From: Candidatus Pampinifervens sinense
GTDB taxonomy: Bacteria > Aquificota > Aquificia > Aquificales > Aquificaceae
Length of the DNA: 64,000 nucleotides
Direction: 5' to 3'
NCBI GenBank assembly: GCA_037927135.1
Contig: JAXSPP010000007.1
Span: 15,494 to 79,493, forward strand
Shown: positions 55,413 through 64,000 of the stretch, one piece after another
Position numbering within the stretch: position 1 is the stretch's first letter
How the letters are laid out: every line of letters begins with the position of its first letter
Position numbers and translations under genes: made by a program
The notes under the pieces: model-generated
What the model was told of the DNA's origin: nothing
The model's input: only the letters and a program-made list of their open reading frames with translations
Database searches by the model: none

Positions 55413-56258
55413 TCACACCGCTATAACCTTTGCTTTACGCCCTTCTTCAAAACCCTCTATGTACAAGCTTATAAATTTACTAGCCTTTTCAAGGTTTTTC
55501 AATAGTTCTTGATCATAAAGTTCCATAGGATTGTTCACATAAAAACTTACCCTTGCTTCTCCCTTTTCAAGCCTTATAGGCACATGAAATCCACCATTGG
55601 AAAAGTCTATCTCCTTTGAGGAATGTTCGTATAGGGGTGTGATACTTATAGCCTTTAGACTAAACCTCTCCTTTATAGCCTTTAGATAATCTTCAAGACT
55701 TTGACTTTCTTGAAGGGTATCCAAAAGCTCCGCCTGGGCTCTTAAAATGACCATTTCCTTTTCCAGCTTGCTGTAGTCTGCAGTTATCTTAGAGTAAGCC
55801 TTCCTTAGGTTCCTCACATAGAACCTTTCCTTTCTTAGTGCATCCACAAGGTCTGGATGTAAGGAAGATATATATAAGGCTATGAGAAATGGAAGTAGAG
55901 AAAGACCAAGCTTACCATAATGATAAAAGGAAAAACCGACTGTAAACCAAAGGAATAACATACCGTAAAATACTCTTCTGCTTGAGTAAAGAGATATGAA
56001 GGGTAGAAGGGCAAAAAAACCTTCCTTTTGCCCGGAAAATATGGCTAAGGCAGGCACAAAGATTATGTCTCCATAGTTTTTGAAAAGCTTTAATTTCCCA
56101 GGATAAAGGTAGTGATACATGCTGAAAAGGAGGTAGATCACAGAGGGAACTATAAGAAGTGCTTGTTTAGTTGGTGGTTTTCCCACAGATAAAGCTATAA
56201 AGTATACAAATACTAGAACTCTGAGTGCCAAAAAGATTAATGCCATGTCTCTAAGCAT
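55413..56258 (-). CDS. Hypothetical membrane protein (about 5 TM plus a cytoplasmic coiled-coil/alpha-beta tail)
   Basis: 281-aa ORF. The N-terminal half is hydrophobic and the C-terminal 130 aa are soluble. No family recognised. Confidence 0.5.
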   Translation of the reverse strand: MLRDMALIFLALRVLVFVYFIALSVGKPPTKQALLIVPSVIYLLFSMYHYLYPGKLKLFKNYGDIIFVPALAIFSGQKEGFFALLPFISLYSSRRVFYGMLFLWFTVGFSFYHYGKLGLSLLPFLIALYISSLHPDLVDALRKERFYVRNLRKAYSKITADYSKLEKEMVILRAQAELLDTLQESQSLEDYLKAIKERFSLKAISITPLYEHSSKEIDFSNGGFHVPIRLEKGEARVSFYVNNPMELYDQELLKNLEKASKFISLYIEGFEEGRKAKVIAV

Positions 56259-56265
56259 ATGCCTT

Positions 56266-56523
56266 CTACTCCACTTCTATTCTTTTAACCTTTCCCTTCC
56301 TTTCAACCTTTTCTATCTTCCCTTCCAACTTGCTAACCTCATGATCTACTATTGCTTTAAGGATCTTCCAGAAGGAGAGCTCTATGACGTAAAGGTTTTT
56401 AATCACTTCCCTTCTTACCTCCTTAGGGGGAAGGAGTATTTCAAGTACCTTAAAAAGATCCCTTCTTAACTCTTCTACCTGCTGTTCAAGGCTCTCTTGA
56501 TCTACCTTTTCCTTCCCTTCCAT
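56266..56523 (-). CDS. Hypothetical small charged/coiled-coil protein
   Basis: 85-aa ORF between pdxJ and the membrane protein. No family recognised. Confidence 0.35.
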   Translation of the reverse strand: MEGKEKVDQESLEQQVEELRRDLFKVLEILLPPKEVRREVIKNLYVIELSFWKILKAIVDHEVSKLEGKIEKVERKGKVKRIEVE

Positions 56524-56538
56524 GGCTTTAAATATATT

Positions 56539-57270
56539 CTACAACTTCATAAGCTTCAAGAATTCCTTCACAGCCCTTTCCATACCCCACAGTATGGCAT
56601 TGGATACTATAGAATGTCCCACGTTTAACTCTTCCACCACATCCTTTAACTCCCTTACAAGAAGGGGAGTATTTTTATAGGTGAGGCCATGACCAGCATA
56701 GACTTTTAATCCTAAGGATCTAGCCTTTATTCCCGCTTCTTTTAACCTCTCAAGCTCCCTTTTTGCCTCCTCTATAAGGTGAGCATTAAAGAGGTTCGCA
56801 TACCTTCCTGTATGAAGCTCTATAGCATCCGCTCCGACTTCCTTACTTGCATACACTTGATCTTCCTCAGGTTCTATAAACAAGGAAACCTCTAGGCCAT
56901 TCTCCTTAAAATCTTTAATATACTCCTTCAAATAATCCTTCATCTTGACCACATCAAGCCCACCTTCTGTAGTGATCTCTTCCCGTCTTTCTGGCACTAA
57001 AGTTATCCTGTTAGGCTTTACCCTAAGGGCTATTTCTTTCATCTCCTGTGTAGGTGCCATCTCAAGGTTTACAGGCACATGAACAGCTCTCTTAATTAAT
57101 TCTAGATCCTCCTCCTGTATATGTCTTCTGTCCTCTCTTAAGTGAAGGGTGATCTGGTGAGCACCCGCTTGCTGAGCCAAAAGGGCAGCAAAAAGGGGAC
57201 TTGGTTCAAAGGTTCTTCTTGCCTGCCTTACGGTTGCCACATGGTCTACGTTTACACCGAGCCTCATCAA
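56539..57270 (-). CDS. pdxJ: Pyridoxine 5'-phosphate synthase
   Basis: 243-aa ORF with PdxJ motifs (LGVNVDHVATVRQAR, ITLHLREDRRHI, NLEM, TLVPE...E.TTEGGLDV, ELHTG.YA, AGHGL.Y.N). Confidence 0.93.
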   Translation of the reverse strand: MMRLGVNVDHVATVRQARRTFEPSPLFAALLAQQAGAHQITLHLREDRRHIQEEDLELIKRAVHVPVNLEMAPTQEMKEIALRVKPNRITLVPERREEITTEGGLDVVKMKDYLKEYIKDFKENGLEVSLFIEPEEDQVYASKEVGADAIELHTGRYANLFNAHLIEEAKRELERLKEAGIKARSLGLKVYAGHGLTYKNTPLLVRELKDVVEELNVGHSIVSNAILWGMERAVKEFLKLMKL

Positions 57271-57286
57271 GGTTTATATTATAACT

Positions 57287-58165
57287 ATGCTGGAGCTAAA
57301 AGAAAGAGATCCCTTAAGCAACTTACTTTTGGAAGTGCTGGAAGACCCATCAAAAAAGGAAATGATCTATTATCTTATATGCTATCTACAGCTTGTAAGA
57401 AGGGAGGACAGTTTTAACATAGAGCTAAACAGGTTTCTATCCTGTGCTTACAAAAACTTTCAAAGAGCAAGAAGCTATTGGAAGGATCTGTTGGTTAGCA
57501 TGAACGTCTTTGTTATCTCAGACCTCTATGGAAACCTTTACATGGGTAAAGACATATATAAGGTGGAGGAGGAAGGGATATACCTGATAAGCTTAAGGCA
57601 CGAGTATTTGAATCAGGTTGATGAGATAGGTCTAAAAGCTTTAAAGTTGTGGAATATACTCAGTAAAACTGCTGTTTATAGAAAGTTTATAACAGCGCAG
57701 GATGCGGTAATCATATCCACTCTACTCTTTAACGAAGGACTCTACCAAGAGGTTATAAATTACTGTGAGCTTTGCATTGAGAGATATCCCTCCGAGGCTT
57801 CATACTTTAGAATACTTGATAGGCTTTCTAGATTGTATACAGAGGCTAAAGATGTAAAAGGGATAATTAGAGAGGTTCTAAAGGAGCTTGAAAGGCTGGG
57901 AGAGGTATTCTATGGTGTGAACCTTTTGAAGCTAAGGAGAGATATGGAGGTTATGTTAAAGAGGGTTGAGAGGGGGCAGAGCATTGGACCAATACGTATT
58001 GAATTTGTAAAGTACAGAGATAGGGGAAAGGGCCTACTTGGTAGAATATTTAGGAAGATAAGGGAGTTGGCCATAAGTATATTTAGAAGAAGGAAGGAGG
58101 GTTATAGTTCCTTTGGGGAGGTCTTATGTTCAAAGAATTTTCAGACCCAATACATCAGCTTATAA
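57287..58165 (+). CDS. Hypothetical protein (292 aa), first gene of an overlapping three-gene unit
   Basis: ATG ORF. It is helical with a basic C-terminus. A weak DUF309-like stretch (LLFNEGLYQEVINYCE) lacks the usual His. It overlaps the HD gene by 40 nt. Confidence 0.45.
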   Translation: MLELKERDPLSNLLLEVLEDPSKKEMIYYLICYLQLVRREDSFNIELNRFLSCAYKNFQRARSYWKDLLVSMNVFVISDLYGNLYMGKDIYKVEEEGIYLISLRHEYLNQVDEIGLKALKLWNILSKTAVYRKFITAQDAVIISTLLFNEGLYQEVINYCELCIERYPSEASYFRILDRLSRLYTEAKDVKGIIREVLKELERLGEVFYGVNLLKLRRDMEVMLKRVERGQSIGPIRIEFVKYRDRGKGLLGRIFRKIRELAISIFRRRKEGYSSFGEVLCSKNFQTQYISL

Positions 58166-59235
58166 AGGCCGATCCTTGTGAAACTAAAGTAATAAACAGC
58201 TTTCCAATGCAGAGGTTAAGGTTTATAAAACAGCTGGGTATAACTTACCTCGTCTTTCCGTCCGCACAACATAGCAGGTTTGAACACTCCCTTGGCACCA
58301 TGGAGCTGGCTGGAAGAATTTATGTAGGCCTTGGTCTCAAGGATGAAAGACTTTATAGCCTTTTTAGGCTTGCTGGTCTTTTGCATGATATAGGGCATGC
58401 ACCCTTTTCCCACACTACAGAGGTCCTTCTCGGAGACAAAAGTCACGAAAGCATAGGCGAAAGGGTTATCTTTGAAGAGGGTGTGGCGGACATTTTAAAG
58501 GATTGTGGATACACAGATGAAGAGATCAACATAATTGTGCGTATAGCCTTTAAGAAGGATAAGAGCCTTCCGATGATAATAACGGGAGAGTTTGGTGCAG
58601 ACAGGATGGACTATCTCAGAAGAGATGCCTACTTTTGTGGCACTTCCTATGGCTTTTTTGATTACAGCAGGCTTCTTGAGAATATACTTTTGGTGGATGG
58701 TAAAAAATGTGTTCATATTAGCGCCTTAAGGTCCTTGGAAAGCTTTATACTTGGCAGGTACTTTATGTACTCTCAGGTCTATTTTCATAAGGTTGTGCGC
58801 ATACTAAACATACATCTAAAAGAGGTCATTGAAGACTTTTTCAAAGAAGGTCTTTTGGATCCAAGAGATTTCCACAGGAAAACGGACCATCATGTCATAT
58901 CCCTTATGTTGGATAGACATAAGGAAGAGAAGGTAAGGAGAGTTTTGGGAAGGGAGCATTACAGAGAGGTTTTCTTCACTTCATCTAAAGATGTTTTTGA
59001 ATATGTAAAAGAGAGGCTTTTGGAGAGGTATGAGGAGGACCTTTTGCGCTTTGACCACATAAGCAAAAAAGTTCTGGATGAAGACATACCCTTATGGGAT
59101 GGGAGCAAGCTTAAAAGCCTCAGAGAAGTTTCACACCTCGTCTCTTCCCTAAGGGATATAGAATTTTACAGAATATACGCCCATCCTAAGCACAAGGATG
59201 ATGTAAAAAGCTATGTTCGCAAAATATATGGATAA
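58126..59235 (+). CDS. HD-domain metal-dependent phosphohydrolase (dNTP triphosphohydrolase/SAMHD1-like, COG1078 type)
   Basis: 369-aa ORF with DPIH..I........I.S..MQRLR.IKQLG, H.RFEHSLGT, LLHDIGHAPFSH and DRMDYL.RD. Confidence 0.85.
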   Translation: MFKEFSDPIHQLIKADPCETKVINSFPMQRLRFIKQLGITYLVFPSAQHSRFEHSLGTMELAGRIYVGLGLKDERLYSLFRLAGLLHDIGHAPFSHTTEVLLGDKSHESIGERVIFEEGVADILKDCGYTDEEINIIVRIAFKKDKSLPMIITGEFGADRMDYLRRDAYFCGTSYGFFDYSRLLENILLVDGKKCVHISALRSLESFILGRYFMYSQVYFHKVVRILNIHLKEVIEDFFKEGLLDPRDFHRKTDHHVISLMLDRHKEEKVRRVLGREHYREVFFTSSKDVFEYVKERLLERYEEDLLRFDHISKKVLDEDIPLWDGSKLKSLREVSHLVSSLRDIEFYRIYAHPKHKDDVKSYVRKIYG

Positions 59236-61138
59236 TTCCAGATTTATCACCCTTCTTTTGGTGCATCTTACTGCCCTTATAGGCATACTTTCCTTGTGGA
59301 ATGTGGCTGAAAGTCTCTACTTTTTTGTATTTCTTTTTGTCTATCTTCTTGGCGTTTATATGGATTTTAAGGGCTTTTATCCCATAAGAAGAGTTTTTCT
59401 AACCCTCTTTGGCTTTATACTTAGCCTCTACTTTTTGTCCTTTTTGAGCCTTGAAGACCTATTAAAGCCCTTTGCCCATGTGGTCCTTTTGCTTCTTTCC
59501 ATAAAAAGCCTTGAAGAAAAAAGGCCAAGGGACCTATACCAGATACTCCTTCTTGGCCTTTTTGCCCTCTCCATATCAACGGCCTATAATCTTAGCCTTA
59601 GCTTCCTTTTGGTCTTTTTGCTTTATAGCTTTCTTGGTCTTACTTCCCTTGTCTTTTTAAACCTCTATAGAAAGGTTGGAGAAAAAAGGCTTGGATGGCT
59701 TAGCTACAAGGGCTTTTTCTTTGTAAGCCTTGTTTTCTTTTTGTTTGTGCTTTTCCTTACTCCAGCCTTTTTCTTCTTTTTACCACGAAGCCAAGCGCCT
59801 CTTTTTGACCTTTTTTCCAGAGGTAGTGGTCTAAGGACTGGCTTGGCTGATAGCATAAGCCTTGGAAAGGTAGGAGAGATACAGGAGGACAACACAGTTG
59901 CCTTCAGAGTCTATGGACTTCCACCAAGCTTAAAAGAGCCATACTGGAGGGCTATAGTTTTTGACAGATATGAAAATCACACATGGCTTAAGGAAAGGGA
60001 GGTGCCACTGCCTCAACCAAGCGGTGTGGGAGAATACGTTTATACCTTAGTAATTGAGCCATCCTTTGACAACATCATACCAGCCCTTGATTACCCTTAT
60101 AGCATCCTTAAGGTGGAAGGCATAAGCGCCAATGCTTATATAACATTGGGAAACACTCTGCGCCTTGAGAGGGAGATAAACAGAACCATAAGGGTAAGGC
60201 TTAGTTCCTCAAGGGAGATGTATATAAAGGAAAGCCCAGAAAGGTACTTGGATGTGCCAAAGGATATTAGTCCAAACATAAAAAGGCTTGCAAGAGAACT
60301 TGAAAAGGGTGCAAAAGATGATATGGAAAAGGTAAAAAGGGTTATAAATTACTTTTCCAAAGGCTATAGCTATACTTTGAGGCTTGAAAAGTATGAAGGA
60401 GATCCTCTTGATTACTTCCTTTTTGTATCAAAAAAGGGCAACTGCGAATACTATGCCAGCGCAACCGCACTGCTTTTGAGAGTTATGGGGGTGCCAGCAA
60501 GGGTGGTGGGTGGCTATAAGGGAGCTTTGTGGAATCAATACGGTGGCTATCATATAGTTACCAACTCTATGGCCCATGTGTGGGTAGAGGCCTACGTTAA
60601 CGGAGAATGGATAAGGGTGGATACCACACCACCCTACATACCCCCAGCCGTCAAAAGAATATCCACCCTTGCCCTCATAAGGGACTACATAGTTAGCTTT
60701 TGGTATTCCAATGTGGTGGGATATTCTTCCGAAAAGCAGATAAGGCTTTTTAAAAACATTGGGGAAGGTTTAAAGTCTGAATTAAAGCTGGAAAGCCTAA
60801 GGAAGAGGTTTTTGCAAGCCTTTTATCTTTTGGTATTCACAGCCGGTCTTTATTTGACTGTCCTTTTTGTCCTAAAACAGAGAAGAACGCCGGAGAACCT
60901 ATACGGTAGGACAAAAGCCCTGCTTGTAAAAGAAGGCATAATAAAGGAGGATGCCCTCCCTGAAGAGATACTCTCCTCTTGCAAAGACAAAGAATACTAC
61001 AAGCTGGTCAAGTTTATCCTTTCCATATACCAAAGACACAAATACTCTCCCTACAAGGTCTATCCAGACGAGGTAAGGGAAGGCTACAATGCTTTGAGCA
61101 AGTTAAAAGATCTTATCCGTAGTTCTCGTCGCTCCTGA
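59213..61138 (+). CDS. Transglutaminase-like domain membrane protein
   Basis: 641-aa ORF. It has an N-terminal multi-TM region and then a transglutaminase core with the Cys-His-Asp triad context ([11 protein letters not shown]...[20 protein letters not shown]). A C-terminal TM follows. Confidence 0.85.
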   Translation: MFAKYMDNSRFITLLLVHLTALIGILSLWNVAESLYFFVFLFVYLLGVYMDFKGFYPIRRVFLTLFGFILSLYFLSFLSLEDLLKPFAHVVLLLLSIKSLEEKRPRDLYQILLLGLFALSISTAYNLSLSFLLVFLLYSFLGLTSLVFLNLYRKVGEKRLGWLSYKGFFFVSLVFFLFVLFLTPAFFFFLPRSQAPLFDLFSRGSGLRTGLADSISLGKVGEIQEDNTVAFRVYGLPPSLKEPYWRAIVFDRYENHTWLKEREVPLPQPSGVGEYVYTLVIEPSFDNIIPALDYPYSILKVEGISANAYITLGNTLRLEREINRTIRVRLSSSREMYIKESPERYLDVPKDISPNIKRLARELEKGAKDDMEKVKRVINYFSKGYSYTLRLEKYEGDPLDYFLFVSKKGNCEYYASATALLLRVMGVPARVVGGYKGALWNQYGGYHIVTNSMAHVWVEAYVNGEWIRVDTTPPYIPPAVKRISTLALIRDYIVSFWYSNVVGYSSEKQIRLFKNIGEGLKSELKLESLRKRFLQAFYLLVFTAGLYLTVLFVLKQRRTPENLYGRTKALLVKEGIIKEDALPEEILSSCKDKEYYKLVKFILSIYQRHKYSPYKVYPDEVREGYNALSKLKDLIRSSRRS

Positions 61139-61493
61139 CCCTTACAACCGTATGCACGTTTCCCCTTGGATTGAAATCTCCTATTACTTCCAAAAATCTG
61201 GGCTTTAAAAGCTCGTAGAGGGCTGAATATATCTCGTTTGTGGCCTGCTCATGAGAGATATACCTGTTTCTAAACTTGTTTAGCCAAAGCTTTAGGGACC
61301 TTAGCTCCACTATCTTTTTGTCCGGTATGTATCTTATCTTTATGGTGGCATAGTCTGGATAGCCAGAACGGGGACAAAGGCAGGAAAACTCTGGAAAGGT
61401 AATCTCAATCATGTAGTTCCTCTCTGGTGTAGGATTATCCCAAGCTTCCAGCTCCGCCTGCTCTATAGCAATCTCTCCATACTTCTTTTCCAT
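61113..61493 (-). CDS. queF: NADPH-dependent 7-cyano-7-deazaguanine reductase
   Basis: 126-aa unimodular QueF with EFSCLCP..G.PD.A...I.Y.P....VE.KSLK.....FRN..ISHE. The 3' end overlaps the transglutaminase gene by 26 nt. Confidence 0.92.
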   Translation of the reverse strand: MEKKYGEIAIEQAELEAWDNPTPERNYMIEITFPEFSCLCPRSGYPDYATIKIRYIPDKKIVELRSLKLWLNKFRNRYISHEQATNEIYSALYELLKPRFLEVIGDFNPRGNVHTVVRVRSDENYG

Positions 61494-61498
61494 AGGAT

Positions 61499-62782
61499 TT
61501 ATTTTAAGCCACCATTACACTCAAGCAAGGCATAAACTCCGTCAAACTCCTTGCCCTTTAGAAGAAGTTTGCAACTCGATAAATCTTTTAGATGGCTTTC
61601 CTTTGTTATGATTAGGCCTTTCGCCCGAAGGGGGTCTTCAAGCCTTTCTATGCATCTTTCTGAGTAATAAACCAAGGCTGAGTCTTCTGCCTTGTAAAAA
61701 TAGACTGGCCCTTGATAGGCTTTGACTATGGGGTATGCCTTAGGTGTAAACCTGTTGGACTGATAGAGGTATAAAAGGGGCAACAAAGAGAAAAGCACAA
61801 GTAGGGAGAGGGAAACAGCAAATCTCAAATAGCTTTTGCTTGCCACATGGGCCAGAAGGATGGCAAGGGGTGGGTAGGCAAAGAGTATGTAGTGGTGTAG
61901 CTTGTTGCTGGCAAGGCTAAAAAAGATAAGCACAAAGGAAAACCAAAGAAGTAGAGGGGTCCACTCCCTTTTAAAGCCTTTCAAAAGCCTTGGGTATAGG
62001 GGTAGGTACCAAAGGGTGCCTACGGCGAGGACAATAAGATAGTAATAAAAAGGTGCAGGATGGGTGGACCTCTGCCCTGTGTATCTCATAAAGTTCTCAT
62101 ATATGAAAAACCTATAGAAGTATTCGTAGCCATAATGGGCTATCATGAAGGCATATCAAGAGAAGCCAAAGACAAAGAAAAGGAATAAACCTTTTGGGTT
62201 GAGAAATCTAAAATCCCTTTTCCAAAGGAGATAAACACCTACGCATAGGACCACACCTACAGGACCTTTTGTAAGGAAGGCAAGGGACAGGGCAAGCCAA
62301 CCCAAAAGGAACCTTTCTTTTAAAAAGGCGTAAAGCCCAGCAAAGGTGAAAAAGGTATTTAGCATCTCTGGAACTACAGCCCTTGACTCTATCCAAAGAT
62401 GGGGAAAGGTAAGAAGTATTAAAGAGGCTTTTATGGCTATGTCCTTTGAGTAAAGGTCTCTTGCCAAAAGGTATGTTAGGACTGTTAGGCCTATGGCCGA
62501 AAGGCCTGAAACAAGTCTTGCAGAAAATTCATTTAAACCGAAGAGAAAAGAACTTATGGAAACAAGCCAGTATAGCATTGGAGGCTTTTCAAACCTTGGC
62601 TGGCAGTTATACATGGGGAAGATAAAGTCTTTACTTTTTAGCATGTGCTGGACTGCGCTCATATTCCTCCCTTCATCAAGGGAGGTAAAGGACAATATAC
62701 AGTTGCCAAGGAGGAAGTAGAGGAAGGATAAGATTAAAAGACCAAGTAGGCCACGAGAAAGCATAGCACTCCTATAAACCAT
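61499..62782 (-). pseudogene. ArnT/PMT-family (GT-C) glycosyltransferase interrupted by one in-frame TGA (two ORFs, 208 + 215 aa)
   Basis: ORF 62156..62782 carries the ArnT-like N-terminus (SLDEGRN......M......FP.....P.FEKPPMLYW, NEFSARL.S.L). ORF 61499..62146 continues the polytopic body in the same reading frame. The only interruption is a TGA at 62158..62156, followed 3 codons later by ATG. Confidence 0.55.
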
Positions 62783-63234
62783 CCTACCACCACATCAAGG
62801 GGAAAATGCACACCCATATAAACTCTACCATAGCCTATGAGAAGGGGGTATAAAAGAAGAAAGGGCCTTAGCCAAGGTGGGGAGACTTCTATAAGACATA
62901 GGGCAATGCTCATGGCCATGGCAGAGTCTCCAGAAGGGAAGGATTTTAGATGTAGGTCCTCTAAGGCATAAACCTTTGGAAGGACAGAGGGAGGCCTTTT
63001 TGCCCTTATGGTATACTTTAGTGCTTTTACGATAATAGTTTGTAAAACCATTACAAGAAGATACTTTGGAAAAGCCTTTTTTAAAAGGGTAAAGAACAGC
63101 ACACCCACTAAGGCACCAAACCAGCCCTTTCCAAGATGGTGAAAGTATCTGTAAAAGAGGTCCAAAAAGGCATGTCTGTTATGGTTTATAAGATAGAAAA
63201 GCCTATGGTTAAAAGGAATATTTTCTATGTCCAT
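62734..63234 (-). CDS. PAP2-family lipid phosphatase (LpxE/undecaprenyl-diphosphatase-like)
   Basis: 166-aa polytopic ORF with the tripartite PAP2 motif: K-x6-RP (KYTIRAKRP), PSGD in place of PSGH, and GR-x5-H-x3-D (GRVYMGVHFPLD). It overlaps the ArnT-like gene by 49 nt. Confidence 0.8.
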   Translation of the reverse strand: MDIENIPFNHRLFYLINHNRHAFLDLFYRYFHHLGKGWFGALVGVLFFTLLKKAFPKYLLVMVLQTIIVKALKYTIRAKRPPSVLPKVYALEDLHLKSFPSGDSAMAMSIALCLIEVSPPWLRPFLLLYPLLIGYGRVYMGVHFPLDVVVGWFIGVLCFLVAYLVF

Positions 63235-63650
63235 TTATAGACTATTTTGCCCCTACTTACCTCCTCTGGCACAAGTACCACTTTTTGATCGCTCATAAAG
63301 GAGACAAAGCCCTCTATCAGCCCTGCAAAGAAGTAAACCACTGGTGATTTCATAAGGTCGTTGCCTACTATGGCATCGGTGAATATGTCCTCCTCCGCTA
63401 TAACCTTGTCCCCTTCCATCTTTATTGATTTGGCAAAGCCAAGGTCCTCAAGTATGGCGCAGGACCTCCTTAGGGCCTCTTCCTTTTGCAAGACCTCTGG
63501 GAAATGTCCAATTAGACTCTCTAAAAGCCTTGGACCTGCTTGCTTTCCCGCATCGCGCATTACAGCCTTTGCCCCCTTATCACCTATGAGGCTCTTTACA
63601 CCCTCCGCCATATTTACAATGGCAAGCAGCAGTATGTCCGCATCAATCAT
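63225..63650 (-). CDS. Hypothetical protein, possibly V4R (4-vinyl reductase-like) small-molecule-binding domain
   Basis: 141-aa ORF. The pattern GDKGAKAVMRDAGKQAG......L, a hydrophobic core and the size suggest a V4R domain. This is a weak assignment. Confidence 0.4.
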   Translation of the reverse strand: MIDADILLLAIVNMAEGVKSLIGDKGAKAVMRDAGKQAGPRLLESLIGHFPEVLQKEEALRRSCAILEDLGFAKSIKMEGDKVIAEEDIFTDAIVGNDLMKSPVVYFFAGLIEGFVSFMSDQKVVLVPEEVSRGKIVYKWT

Positions 63651-63730
63651 GCTAATTACCCCCTTGTCATTATATCCTAAAATCTGATATGAATTTAATT
63701 AGTCCTCCTTATAAGGTTTATAAGCTTTCT

Positions 63731-64000
63731 TTAACCCACCACCTCATATACCCTTCCCCTAAACTTGGCACCAAGGGATCTGGCAAGCTCCTCCGTTTTT
63801 TTCATATCCACTCCATCAAAATCTACTGCCGTGGCTACCACTTCAAAGCCCTCCTTAACAGCTTCCTTTATAAAGTCTATCACCATTTCAAAGGCGTTGG
63901 CTTGGGCTGGCCTGCATACCCTATCATAAGTTTCCTTATCTGGCGCATTGAGGCTTACAGACCAAACATCCACCAATCCCTTTAGCTCTTTTAGCTTCTC
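63731..64000 (-). CDS. C-terminal part of a radical SAM-like protein (gene continues beyond the window end)
   Basis: The frame is open from 64000 down to the stop at 63731. The sequence VSLNAPDKETYDRVCRP......VIDFIKEAVKEG.EV.ATAV resembles the C-terminal half of the small TatD-associated radical SAM family. The N-terminal CxxxCxxC motif is not in the window. Confidence 0.4.
   Translation of the reverse strand, partial: EKLKELKGLVDVWSVSLNAPDKETYDRVCRPAQANAFEMVIDFIKEAVKEGFEVVATAVDFDGVDMKKTEELARSLGAKFRGRVYEVVG

Noticed and set aside
58126-59235. The HD-domain dNTPase-like gene as an anti-phage dNTP-depletion defence gene.
   Set aside because: Nothing in the window marks a defence island: there are no mobile elements, restriction genes or other defence genes. 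This family is also a common housekeeping gene.
62156-62158. The in-frame TGA in the ArnT-like gene as a selenocysteine codon.
   Set aside because: I could fold only a weak 5-bp stem, not a convincing SECIS-like hairpin, just downstream. The position is in a membrane glycosyltransferase with no redox-active context. A nonsense mutation, a sequencing error or a split gene is more parsimonious.

Overview
The window is a gene-dense chromosomal segment of about 80 features. Genes are tightly packed and many start and stop codons overlap by 4 nt. It looks like a hyperthermophilic Aquificae-type bacterium. The evidence is a reverse gyrase, a cytochrome c that I recall as close to Hydrogenobacter c552, archaeal-type SAM synthetase and phosphoglycerate mutase, rpmH-yidD-yidC with no rnpA, and scattered atp, nuo and flagellar sub-operons.

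Most of the content is housekeeping:
- Biosynthesis and metabolism: dxs, hldD, argH, pyrK, ribE, ilvD, bioB, trpC, pdxJ, queF, mraY, kup.
- Ribosomal and DNA-binding: rpsF-ssb-rpsR-rplI.
- Respiration and energy: atpB, atpE, nuoA-B-CD-H.
- Envelope: yidC, kdsC-lptC-lptA.
- Flagellar: flgG, fliL, fliO, fliP, fliQ, fliR, flhB.
- RNA genes: tRNA-Asp.

Four items deserve follow-up:
1. A family-1 encapsulin shell gene (33041-33889) is translationally coupled (GTGA overlap) to a 615-aa NorD/CbbO-like protein with a complete vWA MIDAS motif. No canonical cargo gene is present. This may be an undescribed encapsulin-associated system.
2. A 543-bp non-coding region between convergent bioB and comM (37338-37880) holds an AT-rich tract, about 12 copies of an 11-12-bp motif (G/C)TGTGAAATTC in two opposed orientation blocks, and three tandem units of about 83 bp. 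It resembles an origin, iteron array or centromere.
3. A heptad-repeat coiled-coil gene built from 21-bp DNA repeats sits inside the nuo operon.
4. Several annotation anomalies stand out: trpC has no canonical start codon (probable ATA in an ATAG overlap), an ArnT-like glycosyltransferase next to a PAP2 phosphatase is interrupted by an in-frame TGA, and a 472-aa protein carries three CsbD/YjbJ-like modules.

All family assignments come from motif recognition by eye and from remembered reference sequences. No database search was run.
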